From Tubulanus polymorphus (taxonomy: Eukaryota > Animalia > Nemertea), in contig NC_134035.1 in NCBI RefSeq assembly GCF_964204645.1, positions 3,286,001-3,350,000 of the forward strand: a DNA stretch of 64,000 nt, given 5' to 3'. The notes below the pieces were generated by a model that was not told where the DNA came from, made no database searches, and saw only the letters and a program-made list of their open reading frames with translations. Below, in pieces: positions 55,293-64,000 of this stretch. Within the stretch, counting starts at the first letter, position 1. Each line of letters begins with the position of its first letter. The translations under genes and the position numbers were made by a program.

Positions 55293-56199
55293 AATATGAG
55301 ATTCGTCCTGGAACTATTGAACCGGGTTCTACATTCACTCGGGCCAAAGTTGATTCAAAATACTATAGACCAAACATTTCGGGTGGCTGCTACCACCATT
55401 CTTCGTTCTAAAATGATAATGTCAAATATACACAGTAAATATAAAGTCAATTTGGACATCTCTTTTTTGATTGGGAAAATATAACTACTACTATTAGACA
55501 CTAAAGAAAAGCCGAAACTCAGTAAGAACATGAGTCCGCGCAGGTGTCCATGAGTTCGACATTTCGACTATGTCCTCCTCAGGAATTCCTGAAAATCGAG
55601 ATCTGTTCATATATCAGCTATATTCGTCGAGGAGCTGTTGTGTGAATATACTTTAAATCAGTGAAATATAGTGAATGTTAGAATGGCCACACACATGCAT
55701 ACACACGCGTCTGTGACAATATTTGAAGAGAAGATATGAATCGTCGTCGCTTGTCGCGGTTGTCAAACGGCGGCAGGATCGTCTCCCCAGTAACGCGGCA
55801 TCGTCCATTGTAAATATACCTGATACTTTTGACTTTTGTCAACCGGAATTCATCATATCAGCGCAGGTCGAGTGAACGAGAAGAAGTTTTCATTTCTGGA
55901 AGTAATTTGATTTTCTCCGTACGTGCGCGTTGTTTCTACGAACTGACCTCGACTAGATTGAACGGCTTTCTTTTTCTATATTCCCCGGGTCGGGTGAAAT
56001 ATAACGACAAAAACGTTTTGTTTCCAACGATTTGAAGACGCGTAATGCGAGGTGACACCGATCTAAGATATCACTGATCTTAAATTCTCTGCCACTATAG
56101 CGCGAAATAGGATCCCAGAAACCCGAGTGAAGCCGACTAACGCTGTTATTAGATGGCTTTAATAATCTCATCTCATTTACTCGTAATGCAACTGCGGCA

Positions 56200-56382
56200 T
56201 TTAAGGATTCCTCTTGTGGCAAGTGAGGTTCCACGAGGTGCGCTAGCGTGCAGTAGGACATCGACTACTGCAGCAACAGATGATTCCACTCGTGGCAAGT
56301 GATGATCCACCAGGTGTATGTCATAAACTACTGTGGCAGTAGAGGACTTTCCACCTGTGGCAAGCGATGATCCACCCAGGTT
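56200..56382. repeat. Three copies of a GTGGCAAGTGATGATCCACCAGGT repeat
   Basis: The same motif also occurs at ~13405-13456. Confidence 0.75.
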
Positions 56383-58784
56383 CCCTAATTCGATCCTCTA
56401 TAGATTTCGATCGAAATATCGAACGAACGCTCTTATTGACTTTAAATGAAAGCAATACCAAACACGTAAAGCAGAACAGCAGATTTCATACATTTTCTGC
56501 ACTAGCTATAATGATGATATTTGGATTCAGGAGCCTAAAATGATCGAAAACGAACTAATAACATCGACTAACGCAAGAACAGCTGATGAAGCCACGCCAT
56601 CTCCGATCGCTGGATCGGTGATGGCGAGCCCATCCCGCTTTTCGCATTATTGGTTTAAGCGCGAGTCTTCATTTTCGCGCCAAGTTGATTAGAACTAGAT
56701 TACTAAGTCATTACGAATCAGATATAGTTGCGGATATTAATAATTCAGTTATCTAACGATGATTCCGTAATACAAATACCGCTTATCATCATGCATTTAT
56801 ATACAATGAACGCTCTTAACTTTGTGGCTTTTACATAATTCGAATACGTTTAATACGAATTAATGCGTCAGTGGCGATATCATCAGACGCTGTAGATTGT
56901 AAACGAAGGATTGTGTACTTAACTAACATTCAATTGCACGCCCGGCGGCCATATTGAATCCTTAACGGGTGATACGCCCCGGCGGGACTGTTCGGCCCTT
57001 TGTTTGATCTCACCAGTCACTATAATTCAGCATCCATCGATTCGCAAACGCCCGGGTCGGTGCCCGGAGCTGCGTCTAGCGCGCGCGCGTTCTCCCCGCA
57101 CAAGTGCGGCGTAAAACTCGTCAAGCCACGTTCGACTCGGTTCGAGCGAATTGAAGTGTTAATTACTTTCCGTTTGGGAAGAAATAAAACACACGACTGA
57201 ACTCGATTATTACGTCTCGAATCTATTAAAATACTATAATACGCGCAGTGCGAAGAATCGATTTGAATCAGAGCCGATATTCCGCGAATTTAAAAACTCG
57301 AAATGATTATATTTTAGTCAAAATTCTAATCTATGATCGGGCAGATAAATCTTCAGGTCCAAAATGCAAGCATGTGAATCAAGTCCCCAAATGGTCTTTT
57401 TTCCTTAGCCTTAAGGCTGGTCTTAAGTTGGACCCAGCGGCATAGTTTTGAATTGAGTTCACAAGTTGCCCAGGTCTTAAGACTGTGAAGGTTTTTAGAT
57501 CGGCTATACGGAGAATGGAAATGGGTTTAGACTGGTTTTAGGTCAAAGCCGAGACTAAGCAATTAGGTCCTTCCCAAGTCCATTAAGACTGGTCGTAGGT
57601 TGGTAGATTGGCTACAAAACCAAGATAGGCTTAAGACTGGCTTTAGCTCGAAGCCTACACTGTGCAATTGGGTCCCTCCCAAGTCCACTAATACTCGTCT
57701 TAAGTTGTTAGATTGGCTACCAAACCAAATAATCATGGACCGGTTATAGGTTATAGATATAGGTGTTTGAAAAGGAATCCGAAATAGTACGAGTCAACCC
57801 CGGATAGATGAACATTCGTGTATCGTACTGTAGACAAAAAGAATTTGTCGCATCACTTTCCAAAGTACATTAAAGAAAGTTTGCGAACATCGCGGTGACA
57901 AAGTGACGTTTAAAAAAACTCGCGCGCGAATCGGGTGTATAAAAAAACCGCGAAGCGATTTGAAAAAGAAACAGACGCTCGAATTGGCAGGTGCGCGGGG
58001 AACTAACGGATCGCATCGATTTACGTGCGGCGAGGGTACAGCGCGATGTTTCCATCGTTTAAAACCGTTTGATCAACGCGCATCACGCCTCGAAGGCGTA
58101 AATAAATTCGCGGTGAAAACCTCGTGGTTTTTTGCACACGCGCTTCTCGTAATCGCCGGCGAAACCACCTTTTCGCGGAGAAAGCATTCGAACGAATCAA
58201 TTTCGTAATAACGACGGTTTATTTTTCGGTATCAACTACGAGAAAAAAAAGAATCTAACGATTTACTAAAATAGAAAAATTTCAACGATTGATTTTACAT
58301 TATTTATTTCGGATGAAAACATTTTCGATCGGCGAGGTTAGGTCTAATAGATTGAATTACCTTTTTCTTTTACTTAAGAATAAAGGTTGAAAATGCACGT
58401 TTAAACGCCAAATCTTTTAGAGTAATTATATCTCTTTTAGGTGCAAATATCGATTCACGAAATTAGAGACAAAAAATGGATTTTGAAGTTGATAATCGAA
58501 CCCGCATTAATTTATTCTAAAAGCAAATCCCTGTTTCGCTCCTGGCAGGGGTGTTGGATTTATAAGGAACACCGAATCAAATCAAATTCACCAATCAAAT
58601 AATTTAGTGGGACAATCATCCCTAATTTGAGATCAAGGATGAATTCATTTATGAGTGAATATAAATCAAAAAGTGTAGCTTCGCTTGTCGAAACATGAAA
58701 AGTAACATTGAACGAAGAAATGCCACGATAGAATTTCATATGATAAAATGTATTTCAAGATATACATAAAATATATTTTGAAAT

Positions 58785-58905
58785 GAAACCACAACGTTTC
58801 GACTGTGTTGACCAACAGCCGTCATCAGACTGTTAGTCAACAGCCGAAACTTTGTGTTTCAATAAACTTTATCACATCAGATTCGATTGTGGGACTTCTC
58901 TATTC
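58785..58905. mobile_element. Palindromic remnant with an intact minus-strand hammerhead core
   Basis: Minus strand ~58794-58828 reads CTGATGA-C-GGCTGT(TGGTCAAC)ACAGTC-GAAAC-GTT. The plus-strand partial copy is followed by AATAAA and ATTGTGGG. Confidence 0.65.
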
Positions 58906-60619
58906 ATCTATGGTTTACAGGAATCAGAGTTTCTTTTATTCGACTACAAATATATAAATGTGTTACTATTTCGGTCGCATTACTCAAGAAAAAAAGCCCA
59001 CTGAATACTACTTTGAATCAATTATTTGTTTCTAGAATTCTGATTTACTCCGACGGACGAACATCGAAAGAATCAAAGGTAATGAATCGTCTTCAGCGAT
59101 TCGTTGCTGAAAGATACAGAAAGTTTAGATGATTGTTTTCGCGTCAAAGCGATCGGGGGTTTTATCGCGGACTGTGGTCGACGACAGCGGGTTTTGATTT
59201 TCGATTAAATGGCCGAGCCGTATTATAGAAAAAAAATCCGACGACAAAGAGAACGAATCGGAATCCTAATACGCGCCCGAAAGCCGCATGAAAGACCGAA
59301 GAAATCGCTACGAAAAATTGCAGACATTCGCGTTTAATATTGACAAAATGCGCGTCTGAAAAAATTAGCCATTCGCGTTGAAACACGCGTACAAATGGCT
59401 CATACAATAAACGAGGACAAAAAGGAATTATCTTTCGCGCATTCGCCCGCGTCCAAAATCGATAGCGAGTCGCTGAAAGTTGATTGAATGAATTTGCCGA
59501 CGCACTAATATCAAAAGTAAAGACTTGATTTAATATCGACTCGCTGCGCAGCGCCGGCCGCGTTCAAACGATCGTCGCAATCGTCATTTCAAAAAATAGC
59601 TCGCAAATCGCGCCGACTGTCGTCGTCTGCGTGTCGGCGATGATGCTTTTTTCGCACTCCGAGAAATCAATCGCGGCGGAGGTTTATCCGCGCACCTGGA
59701 TCCAGTTCGACAGTGCGTTGGCGGTGAAGTTTGACTCCCGAGAGTTAAAACTAGCTCATTCCCGATGATTCTATATCAAAATCAGTGATTGTCCCCGTTA
59801 TATATTTGGTTGGAAGATTTTGTCCGATTTTTTTTTTGATTTCGTGTCCCTTACAAACCCACCACACCTACCGGGAGCATATTAGGTTCATTCGAACAAT
59901 CTTCCAACCAGTCTAAAGTTGACTGCTTCATTGCTGCAGTATAGCGTCGGAGGTTTTCCATTGGTATATTCTCCAAGCTATGTCCGGATAGACCACGATA
60001 TTCTAAACTTACTCAAGAATATAGGACGAGTTCTACTCGCGTGTACAGGCAATACGTGATTCTGATTTGGTTCGAGTTTTTCAATATGAAATCATTTTTT
60101 GAAATATGGCTTGAAAATGATGAAAATTCTAACCAGATCAGCTCCTACGACCAACATCTTAAAACCTTTTATATATTTTACCTTTTATCTTTTTATTCAA
60201 GTTTATGGTTAGGCCACACTTTTATTATTCATCAAGTTTTTATTCAAGTGTTTTAGTGCAATATTCTATCGAATATAGGGCACCTAGTATGGTAAATCAT
60301 AATGCTACATATAATGCTAATAATCATTACAATTTTTTTTTGGAAAAAAATATGGTTTTTTCCAAAACTGTATTATCATAATTTGTTGATCTTACTGAAT
60401 AAGGCACCAAATATGGTAAATGTTGATAACAATAAAAGTAACGATAATTTTCTTTTTCGAAAATGTACGAATCTTTTTTCAAAGTATATACATATTATCA
60501 CGTGTGGCTAAGAGCAGTATGAAATATGGTAAATGATAGTAATAGTAATAATAATAATGATAATGATAATTTTTTTTGAAAAAGTATTATTCCTTTTTCG
60601 CTGCGTAATACACACATAT

Positions 60620-60639
60620 CATCATTTTATGTTTTGCAG
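60620..60639 (+). other. 3' splice acceptor immediately upstream of the prohormone ATG
   Basis: Pyrimidine-rich tract ending TTTTGCAG (AG at 60638-60639) directly abuts the ATG, which implies an upstream non-coding exon. Confidence 0.75.
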
Positions 60640-61884
60640 ATGGCTGCCCAAGAACGATTAACAACGTGTTTCAATTTGCTGTTCGTGTTAGTAAGCTGTC
60701 TGGGATTAACGCATTGCGATTCGACCGGGCGCGATTTCCTACGACTCGTCGACGACAGCCGCGGCGGGCGAGAGAAACGGTCGGCGGACGAGTACGGCGC
60801 GTTGGACAAACGTGACGTCGACAGCGTACGATTTCGAGGCACTCTCGGCAAGCGGGACAACGAAAAACGCCTCGACGATATGCGATTCAACGTAGGACTC
60901 GGAAAAAGGATCGATACGGTCCGGTTCGGGGGCACTTTGGGAAAACGCGACGATCAGGCTGATGTGGACACGGAAAAACGTCTGGATGACGTCAGGTTTT
61001 TGGGTGGCCTAGGAAAACGATTAGATAACATGCGATTTGCAGGTGCAGGGGGCTTCGGTAAAAGGCTAGATAACATGCGATTTGCAGGTGCTGGAGGGTT
61101 CGGAAAAAGGCTAGATAACATGCGATTTGCAGGTGCCGGGGGCTTTGGAAAAAGGTTAGATAACATGCGATTTGCAGGTGCTGGAGGCTTCGGAAAAAGG
61201 CTAGATAACATGCGATTTGCAGGTGCTGGCGGCTTCGGAAAAAGGCTAGATAACATGCGATTTGCAGGTGCAGGGGGCTTCGGAAAAAGGCTAGATAACA
61301 TGCGATTTGCAGGTGCAGGGGGCTTCGGAAAAAGGCTAGATAACATGCGTTTTGCAGGTGCTGGAGGCTTCGGAAAAAGGCTAGATAACATGCGATACGC
61401 CGGTGCTGGCGGATTTGGTAAAAGGCTAGATAACATGCGATTTGCAGGTGCTGGAGGGTTCGGAAAAAGGCTAGATAACATGCGATTTGCAGGTGCAGGG
61501 GGCTTCGGAAAAAGGCTAGATAACATGCGATACGCCGGTGCTGGCGGATTTGGTAAAAGGCTTGATAATATGCGTTTCGCAGGTGCTGGGGGCTTCGGAA
61601 AACGCGATCACTCGTCAGACAGCGATGAAAACGACGACGAATCGGTGACGCTGCAAAAACGCCTGGATTCTATAAGGTATAAGGTCGGTTTAGGAAAACG
61701 AGCAAATTCGGGCGACGAGAAAAGCTCGGATGATAGTTTTGCGGAAAAACGTTTAGTAGACCCGCACAGATATCACGGACTTGGTAAACGAAACGCTAAA
61801 GACATTGGCACAAACTCGTTAAAGTCCGCAGATACGAGTATCGGTGCACAGTCCGGCGCGCAGTCCGAGACCAAAGCGGCATAG
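60640..61884 (+). CDS. Neuropeptide precursor, allatostatin-A/buccalin-like (414 aa from ATG 60640), 19 predicted amidated peptides
   Basis: Hydrophobic signal peptide MAAQERLTTCFNLLFVLVSCLGLTHC and a furin-type REKR site, followed by peptides flanked by KR and GKR (amidation): DVDSVRFRGTLa, LDDMRFNVGLa, IDTVRFGGTLa, LDDVRFLGGLa, 11x LDNMRFAGAGGFa, 2x LDNMRYAGAGGFa, LDSIRYKVGLa, LVDPHRYHGLa, with acidic spacers. The xDxxxF/YxxGL-amide pattern matches molluscan buccalin (GMDSLAFSGGLa). The ORF-track start at 60634 is a TTG inside a splice acceptor; the real ATG is at 60640. The prohormone call is near certain; the family assignment is less so (about 0.8). Confidence 0.93.
   Translation: MAAQERLTTCFNLLFVLVSCLGLTHCDSTGRDFLRLVDDSRGGREKRSADEYGALDKRDVDSVRFRGTLGKRDNEKRLDDMRFNVGLGKRIDTVRFGGTLGKRDDQADVDTEKRLDDVRFLGGLGKRLDNMRFAGAGGFGKRLDNMRFAGAGGFGKRLDNMRFAGAGGFGKRLDNMRFAGAGGFGKRLDNMRFAGAGGFGKRLDNMRFAGAGGFGKRLDNMRFAGAGGFGKRLDNMRFAGAGGFGKRLDNMRYAGAGGFGKRLDNMRFAGAGGFGKRLDNMRFAGAGGFGKRLDNMRYAGAGGFGKRLDNMRFAGAGGFGKRDHSSDSDENDDESVTLQKRLDSIRYKVGLGKRANSGDEKSSDDSFAEKRLVDPHRYHGLGKRNAKDIGTNSLKSADTSIGAQSGAQSETKAA
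61021..61605 (+). repeat. Coding 45-bp tandem repeat, 13 units, each encoding LDNMR[F/Y]AGAGGFGKR
   Basis: Units start at 61021 and every 45 bp through 61561. Differences between units are synonymous except F->Y in units 9 and 12. Confidence 0.97.
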
Positions 61885-61910
61885 AGAGTATGTCCGCGTT
61901 ATACACGTGC

Positions 61911-61919
61911 TCGGTAAGT
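61911..61919 (+). other. Candidate 5' splice donor in the 3' UTR
   Basis: TCG|GTAAGT has a perfect intronic consensus; the GT at 61914 lies 30 nt after the stop codon. Confidence 0.5.
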
Positions 61920-62349
61920 ATTCATAATGATGATTTACATATTTCCTTATATGGTGTGGTTGGGCATTTTGGAAAAGAAGGAGGCGTTGAGTTGAAGTGC
62001 ACGATTTGAGAACAATTTCTATATATGATAATAAAGAAGTTTCCAGTTTCTAGGCGCCATTTTATGGCGGACCCTTGAGGTCCCCGTTGTTGCGATAATT
62101 TTCCTTTCTTTTTTACACAAAAAAAGCAAACTGGATACTTCTTTTATTAAAGATGGCGTCTGGATATGCTTTCCTGCCTTTCAAACAAAAGAACGACCCG
62201 TTTCCAACAATTCGTTCATTAATTTCTAGAAGATTCCCGCCAGCTCAGAGTTCTAAATCGTTATTCCCAAATATGGGGGCGTTTGATATTGTTTAAAATC
62301 ATTTCAATTTAATCGTCGAACTAAGATTTGTTTCGATTTGATAATGATA

Positions 62350-62545
62350 AATGATAAATGTATAAGTTTTATAAAGCGCAGGTATCTTACTAAAACAGTT
62401 CTGATGCGCTCCTCTAAGTAACCGTCGTCTGAATAGGAGTGTCTTTAGATGAGTTTTGAACAACTGCAGAGAAAATGAATTAAAATCTTTGAAACTTTAC
62501 GAGATCCATAAGCGTGAGGAACACATCGAAAGAAGGTCGAAGATG
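62350..62545 (-). mobile_element. LINE L2 3' end fragment
   Basis: Minus strand gives SSRLW...SLQLFKTHLKTLLFR, followed by the tail AGCGCATCAG...TGCGCTTTATAAA. Confidence 0.7.
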
Positions 62546-64000
62546 CTTAAATTGATCAGAGGTTCATCAGTTAATGTTGATGAGCTGATTGATCCGCGCA
62601 GGTTTCGATTTCATGTCTAGCAATTTTTCATTATCGGCCATTTTATCGACCTCTTCGGCTGATCGTTTCTAATCATCTTTCCCTCTTCAAATATTCATCG
62701 ATCGAATATATTATAATTGAATAATCGGAGGTATTTCCTATATCACACGCGCGCGCGACGGCTGATTTCCGATTTGGTATTTTTATTAACGTCGAGTGCG
62801 AGAGAGAGCGCGAGAGGTTCAATATCGCATACGACACTCGTGATACGGTCGGCAAACACTCGGCGAACGACTGACAGGCCGCCGATGTTGCCGCTGCCGT
62901 TGCTGCCGCTGCTGCTGAAATTTCAGATGGAGATCTCTCAAAGCGAAGTGACGACGTGAAAAGTCGTATCAGGGTTTTCAATTAGCGATCGGCGCGTTCC
63001 CGGCATTATAGAGCCAATGGAACGCGCCAAATATGCAGACGATAACTTTGTTTGAACTTTTCGACATTTCCTAACGATCTCGAATTTATTCACTTTTAGC
63101 CAGAATTATAATCAACTTCAACAATCTATTAATTATGTATCGTAAGATTGATTCGGAGACGATTTATTAGTCTGTACGTTTCCGCCTTTATAGTCGGAGA
63201 AAGATATATTCGAGCGACGCAGGAATTCAGGTTGATTCGAGCGTGCGCATTCAAATTTGATTTGCTCGTTAAAAGTTTACATAACACGCCTCGGAACAGC
63301 CGCTCCGCAAAACGAAATTTCTCACGCGAATTCGCAGACGACACCGCGCTCAAGTTTTACAAAAATACCAACTCGAAATTCTACTCGGAACGCGGTTTGT
63401 CGACCGGAGAAAAATAAGTTACAAGTTTGAGTGCGCGTATAAATTACGCTACATTATTGACAAAATCTTCAGTAGCTCGGAAGAAATATTCGAGATTTTC
63501 GTGGCCATTAGTCTCTGTCTATCTGGTTTTTTGAGGAGAAATTACCTGAAATAGGTCGTTATCGCTTTTACCGGTTTATGCGTTTCGTTCTGATTTGAAG
63601 GATTGCGAAAAATATGTAACGCATAAAAAAAATATTGATGAAATGGTGACTTTGAAATCTGTTTTTTGCTGATGTTTCGGAAAGATCTCTTCTTGGCGAC
63701 TATACAGAGATTCATTCGTAATGATCTCAAATTCTGAAGATGAAACGAATAAATCATTGATTTCGTAGTTATCATTTTTCATACACTCTGAAGACAGCGA
63801 CAAGATTAGAATTTCGATTAAGGGAAAAAGTCGTGTCTTTTACTCGAGTCGAATCGGAGAAAAGAAGCCTTTACTTTTGAAAAATAAAGATAATTACAGT
63901 TTTTACATCGCGCGCAAACCAAATGATTTCGATTCTTTCAACGAAAATGATTTCAGTATAAAGCGTATCCGAAAAATGATTCGACTATATCGCGCCTCGT

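Noticed and set aside
54237-55484. Long ORFs of 317, 271, 124 and 118 aa rich in S/H/P/Q or W/D
   Set aside because: They are translations of an 8-bp-period satellite that is open in several frames, with no unique domain.
56582-56630. CTGATGA followed by a hairpin, as another hammerhead
   Set aside because: There is no GAAA after the stem and no cleavage triplet or stem I.
249-60511. The many 60-150 aa ORFs in the track
   Set aside because: Most start at TTG or GTG, show no recognisable domains and overlap repeats, as expected by chance. Small spliced exons cannot be fully excluded.
60627-61526. Minus-strand ORFs of 102 and 190 aa
   Set aside because: They are antisense shadows of the prohormone repeat. 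The synonymous variation pattern supports the plus frame.
61021-61605. FMRFamide/RFamide assignment suggested by the NMRF motif
   Set aside because: MRF is internal. The amidation Gly follows AGAGGF, so the peptides are not RF-amides.

Overview
This is AT-rich eukaryotic (animal) genomic DNA with no obvious CpG depletion. It is probably from a lophotrochozoan invertebrate, an inference from the neuropeptide type. Only one convincing protein-coding region is present: a single-exon neuropeptide prohormone ORF at 60640-61884 (+). It has a signal peptide and 19 predicted Gly-Lys-Arg-flanked amidated peptides, and most resembles the allatostatin-A/buccalin family. Its dominant peptide is an atypical 13-copy LDNMR[F/Y]AGAGGF-amide. 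The first ~60 kb is non-coding and may be a very long first intron or an upstream regulatory region. It contains many MITE-like foldback elements, 3' remnants of LINEs (L2, Tx1/L1-like, RTE-X-like), a tRNA-derived SINE head, and mini- and microsatellites. The most notable non-coding signal is a dispersed set of about 10 short, often palindromic elements carrying minimal type-I hammerhead ribozyme cores (CUGANGA-stem II-GAAACGU[U/C]) with covarying stems, a shared downstream module and target-site-like duplications. These fit non-autonomous Penelope-like retroelement derivatives. No database searches or folding programs were run; all calls come from reading the sequence.
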